Below, piece by piece: positions 40,191 to 50,753 of a stretch of DNA of 64,000 bases. The stretch comes from Candidatus Entotheonellaceae bacterium (GTDB taxonomy: Bacteria; Tectomicrobia; Entotheonellia; Entotheonellales; Entotheonellaceae): the NCBI GenBank assembly GCA_965238075.1, contig OZ250173.1, positions 640,001-704,000 on the forward strand, read 5' to 3'. The notes beneath the pieces were generated by a model. The model was not told the DNA's origin and ran no database searches. It saw nothing but the letters and a program-made list of their open reading frames with translations. The translations under genes and the position numbers were made by a program. Numbering within the stretch: position 1 is the stretch's first letter; each line of letters opens with the position of its first letter.

Positions 40191-40990
40191 CGTCAGCCGC
40201 GCCGCCGGCCCCGGACCATCCGGTCATCCGCGCCGAGGGCCTGTACAAGCGCTTCGGCGAACAGGTCGTGTTGCGCGGCGTGGACCTCGACGTTATGCCC
40301 GGCGAGATACTGGCCATCGTCGGCCGCAGCGGCGCCGGCAAGAGCGTGCTGCTGAAAAACCTCATCGGCCTGTTGCGGCCCGACAGCGGCACCGTGCTGG
40401 TGGCGGGCGAGGACCTGCACCGGGCACGCGGACGGCGCCTGTCGCGGCTGCGCGAGCGTTTTGGCATGCTGTTTCAAGGCGGCGCCTTGTTCGACTCGCT
40501 CAGCGTGGCCGACAATGTGGCGTTTCCACTGCAGGAGAAGACGCGCCAGTCAAGGGGTGGGCGGGACAACGCTGGCCAGCCAGTGGCCGAGGCGGTGGCG
40601 GAAATGCTGAAAAGCGTCGGTCTGCAAGGAGCGGACGACAAGTTTCCCGCCGAATTGAGCGGCGGCATGCGCAAGCGGGCCGCTTTGGCGCGCGCTCTGG
40701 CGCATCGCCCGGAGATCATGCTGTTCGATGAGCCGACGACGGGCTTGGATCCCATCATGGTACGGGCCATCCACCGGCTCATCGCCGACACGCAGCAGCG
40801 TTTTCAGTACACCGCGGTGGTGGTCAGTCACGAGGTGCCAGGAATTTTCGAGATCGCCTCCCGCGTTGCCATGCTACACGAGGGCGCCTTGTTGGAGGTC
40901 GCCACGCCGGACGCCTTCCAGGGGTCCGCCAACCCCGTGGTGCAACAGTTCATCGCCGGGCGTCTCGAAGGGCCGCTCGCACCTACGTAG
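40187..40990 (+). CDS. mlaF: MlaF ABC ATPase
   Basis: GRSGAGKS, FQGGALFDS, LSGGMRKR, DEPTTGLDP; GTG overlaps mlaE stop. Confidence 0.93.
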   Translation: MTSAAPPAPDHPVIRAEGLYKRFGEQVVLRGVDLDVMPGEILAIVGRSGAGKSVLLKNLIGLLRPDSGTVLVAGEDLHRARGRRLSRLRERFGMLFQGGALFDSLSVADNVAFPLQEKTRQSRGGRDNAGQPVAEAVAEMLKSVGLQGADDKFPAELSGGMRKRAALARALAHRPEIMLFDEPTTGLDPIMVRAIHRLIADTQQRFQYTAVVVSHEVPGIFEIASRVAMLHEGALLEVATPDAFQGSANPVVQQFIAGRLEGPLAPT

Positions 40991-41018
40991 CGTTACGGGG
41001 TTCCATTTTGGAGGGGAT

Positions 41019-41459
41019 ATGAAACGACTCCGTCTCGAAGCGGTTGTCGGCTTGTTCGTCGTGGTGGGGCTGGGCTGCCTGGCTTATCTGTCCGTGCAGT
41101 TGGCCAGGGTACAGCTCTTGGGCGGTAACATGTACACGCTGACAGCCGTCTTTCCAACCGTATCCGGGCTGCGCAGTGGTGCGTCGGTGGAAATCGCCGG
41201 GGTGACGGTGGGCCATGTGCAGAGCGTCGAACTGGACGATTTTGACGCTGTGGTCACCATGCGTGTGAGAAAGGAGGTTCAACTCAGCACGGACGCGATT
41301 GTCTCCATTCGCACGCGCGGGTTGATTGGCGAGAAGTATCTGCGTGTGAGCCAGGGCGCCGACGAGCGGACGATTCCGGCCGGTGGCCGTGTGCGGGAGG
41401 TCGAGCCGCCGCTCGACTTCGAGGAGATGATCGCTCAACTTATCCAGGGGAAAATTTAA
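41019..41459 (+). CDS. mlaD: MlaD (single MCE domain)
   Basis: N-terminal TM, SGLRSGASVEIAGVTVG, TRGLIGEKY. Confidence 0.93.
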   Translation: MKRLRLEAVVGLFVVVGLGCLAYLSVQLARVQLLGGNMYTLTAVFPTVSGLRSGASVEIAGVTVGHVQSVELDDFDAVVTMRVRKEVQLSTDAIVSIRTRGLIGEKYLRVSQGADERTIPAGGRVREVEPPLDFEEMIAQLIQGKI

Positions 41460-41460
41460 G

Positions 41461-42897
41461 GTGACCATGATGTCTAGTAGCACGCTGGAGCGCGTCAGGG
41501 TTCACGCCGGCCTGATGCTCGTGCTCGTCATTCTGTGTGTCGCAATGGCCGCGCGACCAGCGTTTGCCCGAACTGAGCCATCGGCCGTTAAAATGTTGAC
41601 GGTCGACGAAGCCGTGGCGCTGGCGGTCCGCAACAGCCCGGAAATCAAGGCCGAACAATTTGCCGTCCTGATGCGCCAGAGCCAACGCGCTCAGGCCGAC
41701 GCCGCCCGCTTCGCCCAGCTTGACGTGACCGTCGTCGGTGGCCCATCGCCGCGTGCCCGCGGCGACCAAGTCGACTCGCCGGATTCCAAAAACTCCGTGA
41801 GCGTGTCGGGTGTCTTTGGCCTGGCAACCTTCAATATCATCCAGCCGATTTATGCGTTCGGTAAAATCAACAACCTGCGCGCCGCCGCCACCCACGGCAT
41901 GGCGGTCGAGGAAGCCCGCGTGCACCAGAAGGCGACGGAAGTGGCGATGCTGGTGCGCGAGGCGTATTACGGTTATCTGCTAGCCACCTCCCTGGAAAAC
42001 CTGGCCCTGGAGATCGGCGCTCAGCTCGGCGGCACCATGAAGAAGGTGCAGCGCCAGCTTGACGCCGGAGTGCCGGGCGTGGACAACGTGGACCTGCTCA
42101 AGCTGCGCACCTTTCAGGGGCAGTTGGAGAAGCAGCTGAACGACATCCGCCAAGGCAAGGCGTTGGCGTTGACGGGCCTGCGCACCCTGACGGGCCTGGA
42201 ACCGGCACTGCCCATTCAACTCGCCGATAGCCGGCTGCAGCCGCTGGAACGCGAGTCACCGCCGCTGGACGAATCTCTCAGTGACGCAATGCGCCTGCGG
42301 CCCGAGTTGGTTCAGGCGCGCGAGGGCGTCAAGGCGTTCGAGCGTTTGCTGTCAGCGGCCAAGGCGGATTACTACCCGCTGTTTTTTGTGGGGCTGTTCG
42401 GTAGCCTGGCGGAAGCCAACAACCGCGACCGCCTCAGCAATCCCTTCCTCAACGACCCCCTGATGGACGACGTGCTGGCACCGGTAGTCGGCATGCGCTG
42501 GCATTTCGATCTTGGCGTTACCGCGGCCAAGGTCGATGAGGTGGCGGCCGAGTTCGGCCAGGTGCAGCAACAGCACGCCCTGGCGGAGCAAGGCATCCCC
42601 TTCCAGGTGCGGCAGGCGTACCTCGAACTGGAGCAGCATCAGGCCAACATCACCGCGACCCGCAAGGCGTTTCGCAGCGGGCGCCAGTGGCTGGTGGCGG
42701 CAGTGGCCAATTTCGATCTTGGGGTTGGCGAGGGCAAGGACGTGGCCGAGGCCGCATTGGCATACGCGCAATTGCACGCCGCCTATTTCCAGACCGTTTA
42801 CTACTACAACCTCAGCCTCGCCAAGCTCGATCACCGGGCCGGCCGCGACGTGGCCGCGGTGCGTGAGCACCTGCCGCCGATGCCGCAGGTGCGGTGA
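41461..42897 (+). CDS. TolC-family outer-membrane protein within the mla operon
   Basis: Signal peptide, LTVDEAVALA, QPIYAFGK, RPEL, AKADYYP OEP pattern. Confidence 0.85.
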   Translation: MTMMSSSTLERVRVHAGLMLVLVILCVAMAARPAFARTEPSAVKMLTVDEAVALAVRNSPEIKAEQFAVLMRQSQRAQADAARFAQLDVTVVGGPSPRARGDQVDSPDSKNSVSVSGVFGLATFNIIQPIYAFGKINNLRAAATHGMAVEEARVHQKATEVAMLVREAYYGYLLATSLENLALEIGAQLGGTMKKVQRQLDAGVPGVDNVDLLKLRTFQGQLEKQLNDIRQGKALALTGLRTLTGLEPALPIQLADSRLQPLERESPPLDESLSDAMRLRPELVQAREGVKAFERLLSAAKADYYPLFFVGLFGSLAEANNRDRLSNPFLNDPLMDDVLAPVVGMRWHFDLGVTAAKVDEVAAEFGQVQQQHALAEQGIPFQVRQAYLELEQHQANITATRKAFRSGRQWLVAAVANFDLGVGEGKDVAEAALAYAQLHAAYFQTVYYYNLSLAKLDHRAGRDVAAVREHLPPMPQVR

Positions 42898-42926
42898 GGC
42901 ATGGTGTTTGATGGCGGGATAAGGAC

Positions 42927-43547
42927 ATGACTATGCTGGGCAGATGGGTTGTCGGGATCGCGGTTTTAGGCCTGTTGACGGGGGCCGCCGGCGCCGGGGA
43001 ACCTCTGGACAAGATTCGCGAGACCGTCGAGGCCGTGCTGTCCGTCCTCGGCGACGAGACCCTGCAGGCCCCGGAGCGTCGGGAATTGCGCCGCGGCAAG
43101 CTGAGCCAGGCGGTGCAGCAGCGGTTCGGCTTTGAAGAGATGGCTCGGCGCGCCATGGGGCGGCATTGGCGCGACCTGAGCGCAGACCAGCGGCAGGAAT
43201 TCGTCGCCCTGTTCAGCGACCTGCTGGAACGTTCATACGTCGGCAAAATCGAGGGCACCGGGGCCGGCAGTCAGGTCGCCTACCCCAAGGAAACGATTGA
43301 TGACGAGGGCTTTGCCTCGGTCCTGACCGTGATTACCAATCGCCTGGGGTCACAGGTGGAGGTCGAATACCGCCTGCTGCAGCGCGGCGGCAACACGCCC
43401 TGGGTGGTGTACGATATGGTCATCGAAGGCGTCAGCCTGATCAACAACTACCGCACCCAGTTCAACAACATCATCCATCGAACGTCCTACGACGGCCTCG
43501 TCAAACAGCTGCGCCTCAAACAGGAGCAGGAAGAAGCGACGGATTGA
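42927..43547 (+). CDS. mlaC: MlaC/Ttg2D periplasmic lipid-binding protein
   Basis: FEEMARRAMGRHW, VYDMVIEGVSLINNYRTQF. Confidence 0.92.
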   Translation: MTMLGRWVVGIAVLGLLTGAAGAGEPLDKIRETVEAVLSVLGDETLQAPERRELRRGKLSQAVQQRFGFEEMARRAMGRHWRDLSADQRQEFVALFSDLLERSYVGKIEGTGAGSQVAYPKETIDDEGFASVLTVITNRLGSQVEVEYRLLQRGGNTPWVVYDMVIEGVSLINNYRTQFNNIIHRTSYDGLVKQLRLKQEQEEATD

Positions 43548-43552
43548 CAAGC

Positions 43553-44239
43553 ATGACGGCGCCACGATTCAAACCGGCATTCTTTGACTTCCTGCGTGAG
43601 TTGAAGGCCAACAACGAGCGGTCGTGGTTCGAGGCCAACAAGGCACGTTACCACGCTGACGTGCGCGATCCGATGCTCGATTTCATCGCCGCCTTCGCCG
43701 AGCCGCTCGCCGACATCAGTCCGCACTTCGTTGCCGACCCGCGAGCCAACGGCGGCTCCCTCTTCAGAATCTACCGCGACACCCGCTTCTCCCCGGACAA
43801 AACACCCTACAAGACCAACGCCGGGGCTCATTTCCGCCACGTCGCAGGCAAGGACGCGCACGCCCCCGGCTTCTATCTCCACCTGGAGCCAGACTCGTGT
43901 TTTGCCGCCTGCGGCATCTGGCATCCGGACGGTGAGGCATTGGCCAGTATCCGCAATGCCATCGTTGAGAACCCCGCCGACTGGACGCGTATCACCCAGG
44001 CGAAAGCCTTCCGCGAAACATTCAAGCTGATGGGTCAGTCCCTGAAGCGCCCACCGCGGGGTTACGACGCCGCCCATCCCTTGATCGACGACTTGAAGCG
44101 CAAGGACTTCATCGCGGGAGCGGTGTTCCGCGAAGCCGACGCCATCCGACCCGATTTCCTCCAGCGCTTTGCCCAAATCGCGCGGCGCGGCGGCGCGTTC
44201 GTCGGCTTCCTGTCGCGGACGGTTGGGGTGCCGTTTTAG
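43553..44239 (+). CDS. DUF2461 family protein
   Basis: NNERSWFEANK, FRIYRDTRFSPDKTPYK, LKRPPRGY. Confidence 0.9.
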   Translation: MTAPRFKPAFFDFLRELKANNERSWFEANKARYHADVRDPMLDFIAAFAEPLADISPHFVADPRANGGSLFRIYRDTRFSPDKTPYKTNAGAHFRHVAGKDAHAPGFYLHLEPDSCFAACGIWHPDGEALASIRNAIVENPADWTRITQAKAFRETFKLMGQSLKRPPRGYDAAHPLIDDLKRKDFIAGAVFREADAIRPDFLQRFAQIARRGGAFVGFLSRTVGVPF

Positions 44240-44301
44240 GGGGGAGTGCCAGAAAGTGTGGGGCAATTGCAGATCTACGCGGGTGATGGCATAAAGTCCG
44301 T

Positions 44302-44612
44302 ATGGCCAGCCTGGAAGAATCCACCAGCCTTGTCCAACTGAAGGTCCGGCTGCTGGGCATCAGCCCCATGATATGGCGACGGTTGCTTGTACCCGCATCC
44401 GTGTCGCTGCGGGAGTTGCACGGCATCTTGCAGGTGAGCATGGGCTGCGAGGGCATTCACCTCTGCTACTTCGACATTCATGCCGTGCACGACGGCTCCT
44501 TCGAGTTGTCTACCCAAAGCCCGGACATTGCCCTTTCCCGGTTCCAGTATCGCGAGAGTGACCGTTTCGCCTACCTCGACGACATGGGCGACTACTGGGA
44601 GCACGAGGTCAT
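44302..44612 (+). pseudogene. pRiA4b ORF-3 family fragment
   Basis: QLKVRLLGISPMIWRRLLVP...LHGILQVSMG...DMGDYWEHEV, then fused to unrelated sequence. Confidence 0.75.
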
Positions 44613-45491
44613 CGTGCTCGGCAAGGGACGTGATCGGCACGACGCGACCGGCCTGTCAATCGCCGAGGCCCAAGCTGAAGCGTTCTGCGCCTCCAGATCC
44701 GTCTGCCCCGGTTGTAGACGCCGGTTGTGCCGCAAGGGCAGCCGCTCCATCCGCTACCGCACGGTCTTCGTGATATCCCGGTCACCAGCCCGCGGTATTA
44801 CCAAGGTGCCTGCCACGGCCATCGTCCCAAGACCTTCAGCCCCCTGCACGATGTCCTGAAGGAGCAGGGAAGGCAGGAAAACCAGCCCGTCACCTTCCTG
44901 ACCGACGGTGGCGATACGCTGAGGACCATGGCGCAATACATGGCCCCAGCGTCCGAGCACCTGCTGGACTGCTTCCACATCACCATGCGCATCACCGTCA
45001 TGCGCCAGTATATCAAGGGACTCAGCCATGCAAATCCCGGTGGCGGGGAAGCCGTGGACCGTCTCCTGCGCCAGATCAAAGGCTACCTGTGGAACGGCAA
45101 CCTCCATGACGGCCGGCGTGCGATCGAGGGACTTGTCATGGAATTGGAAGGCATCGAGACGGACTATGCGGGCATTAAGGCGCAGCGAAAAGCTGCTGGC
45201 GAGTTCGATACCTACATCCGCAACAACGCGGGCATGATCCCCAATTACGCCGAGCGGAGACGCTGCGGTGAGCGGGTCTCCACCGGGTTTGTGGAGAGTG
45301 CCATCAACACGGTTGTCGGCAAACGGTTTGACAAGCGTCAGCAGATGCGTTGCTCGAAAGCCGGCGAGCATCTCATGCTGCAGGCCCGGACGCGAACCCT
45401 TGACGGCATGCTGCGGGGGAAATTCGAGCAGTGGTACCCAGGACTGAAGGCCGGAGACAGGGCAGCTGAAGCTGAACCATGCGCTGTCTGA
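44613..45491 (+). pseudogene. ISKra4-type transposase fragments
   Basis: GLSIAEA, CPGC...KGSRSIRYRTVF, FLTDGG, LDCFHITMR, LWNG, STGFVESAIN; frameshifted and too short. Confidence 0.75.
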
Positions 45492-45706
45492 TTGCCCCAC
45501 AGTTTTGGTACTCCCGCTTGAACGGGGGCCATGAGGGATTCCCATTCCGCGACTGTCCGCTGTTGCATCTCCCTGATCCTCCCAAGCCCCCCGGTTCAAC
45601 GTCAGATGACGCCGCCGCTGGTGTCCTTGATCAGACCTTGCCTCTATAATCCACGGCCTCTAATTCGTACGATCAACACAACCACGACAGTGTGAAGGAG
45701 CTGAGC

Positions 45707-46621
45707 ATGACACGACTCATGAAGGCCCTGGTATTGACGGTGCTGTGCGGTGGTCTCGTCCTCAAGGCGGCCCTGCCAGCTACGGCGCAAACCCCGAGCC
45801 AGCTGCAAGCCCAGATTAACGCGCTGCAAGCCCAGAATAATACGCTGCAAGCCGATATTACGGCGCTACAGTCCAAGATTGCTACCCTGCAAAGCCTGAT
45901 TAACGGCGTGGCAGCGGGCATTCCCGACTGCATGACCACGGCGTCGGGAGCGGGGTCGGTCGACGATGTCGTCTTTACAGGCTGCAACGTGCATGTGCAA
46001 AACGGCCAAGGAGGCACCGATATCAGCAATGGCGTCGGCAATCTGATCATTGGCTACAATGAGACTGGTGGCTCCCTCGCCCGCAGCGGCTCGCATAATG
46101 TGGTGATTGGTCCTGAGCACAGCTATTCGGGTTATGGCGGTTTGGTGGCGGGCTTTGACAACACGGTGAGCGGGGCGTTTGCCAGCGTCAGCGGCGGTAA
46201 CGGCAACACGGCCAGCGGCGATTATGCCAGCGTCAGCGGCGGCGCTTTTAGTGAGGCCAGCGGCTTTGCTGCCAGCATCAGCGGCGGTTGGGACAACGAG
46301 GCCAGCGGCGATTATGCCAGCGTCAGCGGCGGTAGCACCAACAAGGCCAGCGCCCCCTATGCCAGCGTCAGCGGCGGCAAAAACAATGAGGCCAGCGGCG
46401 AGTATACCAGCGTCAGCGGCGGTGGCAGCAACACGGCCAGCGGCTCTCGGGCCAGCGTCAGCGGCGGTAAGGACAACGAGGCCAGAGGCTCTCGGTCCAG
46501 CGTCAGCGGCGGTAACGGCAACAGGGCCAGCGGCATTGCTGCCAGCGTCAGCGGCGGCAGTTATCGGAGGGTTACCGGGATGTATCACTGGAAGGCCGGT
46601 GGGCTCTTCCAGGCCCATTAA
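45707..46621 (+). CDS. secreted 15-aa-repeat (adhesin-head-like) protein, copy 1
   Basis: AAGGAG RBS, signal peptide, coiled coil, conserved Cys-pair domain, 9 x xxNxASGxxASVSGG. Confidence 0.85.
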   Translation: MTRLMKALVLTVLCGGLVLKAALPATAQTPSQLQAQINALQAQNNTLQADITALQSKIATLQSLINGVAAGIPDCMTTASGAGSVDDVVFTGCNVHVQNGQGGTDISNGVGNLIIGYNETGGSLARSGSHNVVIGPEHSYSGYGGLVAGFDNTVSGAFASVSGGNGNTASGDYASVSGGAFSEASGFAASISGGWDNEASGDYASVSGGSTNKASAPYASVSGGKNNEASGEYTSVSGGGSNTASGSRASVSGGKDNEARGSRSSVSGGNGNRASGIAASVSGGSYRRVTGMYHWKAGGLFQAH

Positions 46622-47131
46622 CATGGGCCGGCGGGGGTTTTCGGCGCCTGCAGGGCCCCCGTGCGCGGCGCCGGGCCAAGCGTTTCCCGCCGGACTCCCC
46701 AACGATGCCCTGCTTGAGGCGGCAGCGCCGAGCGGCTGTACCGGCACACCCCCGTCCCTGCAGCCGGCTCCGGGTGCGCTCAGAGAAACCCATTCGGTAG
46801 CGACCCCACCCGCTCGTGCAGGCGGCTTCCGAGAGGCCCACGGGGGCTAGGCTTCACGCCGCTCGCTCCACCCCTCACGAGCCGCCTGAGACCCTGGGCG
46901 GATGAGTTAGGAATCCCTACGCGGCGGCGCCGAAGGAGCTTTCGATTGGCGCTCGCCGTCGTCTTTCCATTCCGCGACTATCCGCTGTTGCATCTCCCTG
47001 ATCCTCCCAAACCTCCCGGTTCCATGTCCGATGGTAACGCCGCTGGTGTCCTTGATCAGACCTTGCCCCTATAATCCATGGCCTCCCATTCGTATGACCA
47101 ACACAGACACCACAGCGTGAAGGAGTTGAGC

Positions 47132-48960
47132 ATGACACGACTCATGAAGACCCTGATCTTGACGGTGGTTTGCGGTAGCCTCGCCGCCCTGCCGGCGACG
47201 GCACAGACCCCGAGCGAGTTGCAAGACCAGATTGACGCGCTACAAGCCCAGATTACCGCCCTGCAAAACGCATTCCCGGACTGCATGACCACGGCGTCGG
47301 GAGCGGGCTCGGTCGACGATGTCATCTTTACGGGCTGCAACGTGCACGTGCAAAACGGGCAGGGAGAAACCGATAGCAGCAACGGCGTGGGCAATTTGAT
47401 CATTGGCTACAATGAGGATGATGTCCTCGTTGGCTCCGGCGCTCCTGCCCGCGGCGGCTCGCATAATATGGTGATTGGCCCTCGGCACAGCTATTCGAGT
47501 TATGGCGGTTTGGTGGCGGGCTTTAACAACACGGTGAGCGGGCCGCATGCCAGCGTCAGCGGCGGTGGGTACACGAGGCCAGCGGCTGGGTCGCCAGCGT
47601 CAGCGGCGGTAGCACCAACAAGGCCAGCGAATGGCATGCCAGCGTCAGCGGCGGTTATGGAAACGAAGCCAGCGGCGCTTATGCCAGCGTCAGCGGCGGT
47701 CAGTACAATGAGGCCAGCGGCGATTATGCCAGCGTCATCGGCGGCAAAAACAATGAGGCCAGCGGCGAGACTGCCAGCGGCGGCGGCAGCAACACGGCCA
47801 GCGGCTCTCGGGCCAGTGTCGGCAGCGGTCAATACAATGAGGCCAGCGGCACTTTTGCCAGCGTCGGCGGCGGTGGCAGCAACACGGCCAGCGGCCATCG
47901 GGCCAGGGTCAGTGGCGATACGCTCAACGCGAGCAACATTGCGACCAACGCCAGCAACGTTGCCACCAACACCAGCAATGTTGCGACCAATACGGGCAGC
48001 ATTGCCACCAACGCGAGCAACATTACGACCAACACGGGCAACATTACGGCCAATACGGGCACTATTGCCACCAACGCGAGCGACATTGCCACCAACGCGA
48101 GCGACATTGCCACCAACACGGGCAACATTACGACCAACACGAGCGACATTGCCACCAACACGAGCGACATTGCCACCAACACGAGCAACATTGCCACCAA
48201 CACGAGCAACATTGCTACCAACACGAGCGACATTGCCACCAACACGAGCGACATTGCGGATTCATTTGTGCTTCCGGCCTGTATCAATACCGTTGCTGTT
48301 TCGGGGCAAGGCGTCGATGATGTGGTCTTTAGCGGCTGCAACGTGCATGTGCAAAACGGCAGTGGAAGCACCAACAACAGCAATGGCGTCGGCAATCTGA
48401 TTATTGGCTACAATGAGGATGACGTCCTCATTGGCTCCAATCATCCCACCTACGGCGACAATGACCGCGGCGGTTCGCATAATGTGGTGATCGGTCCTGA
48501 GCACAGCTATTCGAGTTACGGTGGTTTGGTAGCGGGCTTTTCCAACACGGTGAGCGAGAAGTATGCCAGCGTCAGCGGCGGCCATAACAACACGGCCAGC
48601 GGGGATTGGGCCAGCGTCAGCGGCGGCCATAACAACACGGCCAACGGCAATTCTGCCAGCGTCAGCGGTGGTTTCACCAACACGGCCAGCGGCGCTGCTG
48701 CCAGCGTCAGCGGCGGTCATACCAATGAGGCCAGCGGCGATTTTGCCAGCGTCAACGGCGGCAGAGACAACGAGGCCAGCGACACTGCTGCCAGCGTCAA
48801 CGGCGGTTATGGCAACGATGCCAGCGAGCAGTATGCCAGCATCAACGGCGGCTTATACAACGAGGCCAGCGGCCTTTATGCCAGCGTTAGCGGCGGCTAT
48901 AACCGGACGGCTTCCGGGCAGTACGACTGGAGGGCCGGTGGGCTCTTCGAGGACGATTAA
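47132..48960 (+). pseudogene. secreted repeat protein, copy 2 (two modules + heptad stalk), -1 frameshift near 47572
   Basis: tacacgag where the repeat consensus predicts tac aac gag; restoring 1 nt gives a 609-aa ORF ending WRAGGLFEDD. Confidence 0.8.
47926..48261 (+). repeat. 16 x 21-nt repeat encoding N(T/A)S(D/N)IAT heptads
   Basis: Direct reading of aacacgagcgacattgccacc-type units. Confidence 0.9.
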
Positions 48961-49601
48961 CGCGGGCCAGCGGGGGGCTTCCGGCGCCTGTAGGGCCCCA
49001 TGCGCGGCGGCGGGGCAAGCGATTCCCGCCGGCCTCTCTAACGATGCCTTGCTTGAGGCGGCAGAGCCGAGCCGGCTGCAGCGGCACACCCCCGTCCCCT
49101 GCAGCCGGCTCCGGGTGCGCTCGGAGAAGCCCATGCAGTGACGACTCCGCCCGCTCGAGCAGGCGGCTTCCGAGAGGCCCGCGGGGCTGGGCTTCACGCC
49201 GCTCGCTTCACCCCTCACGAGCCGCCTGAGACCTTGGACGGATGAGTTAGGAAGCCCTACGCGATGACGCCGAAGGAGCTTTCGATTGGCGCTCGACGAG
49301 AAGCATGACGGCGAGGTCACTGGGCGTCCACCCACGCCCCGCTCGGCGATAGGGCATCCGGGCGCTGCCGCGGCATGAGCCATTCCATTGTCTGCAACTT
49401 CCGGCGGCGGGTGCGGCGTTTCTTGCCGTCGTCTTCCCATTCCGCGACTGTCCACTGTTGCATCTCCCTGATCCTCCCAAACCCCCCGGTTCAACGTCAG
49501 ATGGTGACGCCGCTGGTGTCCTTGATCAGACCTTACCTCTATAATGCACGGCCTCCCATTCATATGACCAACACAAACACGACAGTGTGAAGGAGTTGAG
49601 C

Positions 49602-50753
49602 ATGACCCGACTCATGAAGACCCTGGTATTGACGATGTTGTGCGGTGGTCTCGCCGCCCTGCCAGCGACGGCGCAGCCCCCGGGCGGCCCGTTGCAGGCC
49701 CAGATTAACGCGTTGCAAGCTCAGATGGCCGCCCTACAAGCCCAGATTGCCGCCCTGCAAAACGCCATCCCGGACTGCATGACCACGGCTTCGGGAGCGG
49801 GCTCGGTCGACGATGTCATCTTTATGGGCTGCAACGTGCATGTGCAAAACGGCCAGGGAAGCACCGCCAGCAGCAACAGCGTCGGCAATCTGATCATTGG
49901 CTACAATGAGAGTACTGGCTCCCCCGCCCGCAGCGGCTCGCATAATGTGGTGATTGGTCCTCATCACAGCTATTCGAGTTATGGCGGTTTGGTGGCGGGC
50001 TACAACAATATAGTGAGCGGGGCGTATGCCAGCGTCAGTGGCGGCAGAGACAACACGGCCAGCGACTTTTCTGCCAGCGTCGGCGGTGGCAGAGGCAATA
50101 AGGCCAGCGGCTGGTATGCCAGTGTCAGCGGCGGTCAGTACAATACGGCCAGCGGCTATTCTGCCAGCGTCATCGGCGGCAAAAACAATGAGGCCAGCGG
50201 CGATCATGCCAGCGTCAGCGGCGGCGGCAGCAACACGGCCAGCGGCTCTCGGGCCAGCATCGGCGGCGGTCAGTACAATGAGGCGAGCGGCACTTTTGCC
50301 AGGGTCAGCGGCGGTCACACCAACACAGCCATCGGCCATCGTGCCATTTCACCTGGGCTTCCGGCCTGTATGGATACCGTTGTTGTTGCGGGGCAGGGCG
50401 TCGATGATGTGGTCTTTAGCGGCTGCAACGTGCACGTGCAAAACGGCCAGGGAAACACTGATAGCAGCAATGGCGCCGGCAATCTGATCATTGGCTACAA
50501 TGAGAGTAACAGTGGTGGCTCCCCTGACCGCGATGGCTCGCATAATGTGGTGATTGGTTCGCTGCACAGCTATTCGAGTTATGGCGGTTTGGTGGCGGGC
50601 TACAACAATACGGTGAGCGGGGCGTATGCCAGCGTCACCGGCGGTTTCAACAACGAGGCCAGCGGCGATTATGCCAGCGTCAGCGGCGGCCTTAACCGGA
50701 CGGCTTCCGGGTCTCACAACTGGCGGGCCGGTGGGCTCTCCCAGTCCGATTAA
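49602..50753 (+). CDS. secreted repeat protein, copy 3 (two modules)
   Basis: Same architecture; ends WRAGGLSQSD. Confidence 0.85.
   Translation: MTRLMKTLVLTMLCGGLAALPATAQPPGGPLQAQINALQAQMAALQAQIAALQNAIPDCMTTASGAGSVDDVIFMGCNVHVQNGQGSTASSNSVGNLIIGYNESTGSPARSGSHNVVIGPHHSYSSYGGLVAGYNNIVSGAYASVSGGRDNTASDFSASVGGGRGNKASGWYASVSGGQYNTASGYSASVIGGKNNEASGDHASVSGGGSNTASGSRASIGGGQYNEASGTFARVSGGHTNTAIGHRAISPGLPACMDTVVVAGQGVDDVVFSGCNVHVQNGQGNTDSSNGAGNLIIGYNESNSGGSPDRDGSHNVVIGSLHSYSSYGGLVAGYNNTVSGAYASVTGGFNNEASGDYASVSGGLNRTASGSHNWRAGGLSQSD

Larger units (their letters stand above)
44242..45515 (+). mobile_element. internally deleted ISKra4-family IS with pRiA4b ORF-3-like passenger
   Basis: Terminal inverted repeats gggagtgccagaaagtgtggggcaat / attgccccacagttttggtactccc enclose a passenger fragment and transposase fragments. 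Confidence 0.8.

Noticed and set aside
47078-48400. 440-aa ORF with PASAAV/PTRATL repeats
   Set aside because: It is an off-frame reading caused by the 1-nt deletion near 47572.
45692-50753. CRISPR array or diversity-generating retroelement in the repeat region
   Set aside because: The repeats are in-frame coding units (45 and 21 nt) without unique spacers; there is no cas or reverse-transcriptase gene, and variation is not adenine-restricted.
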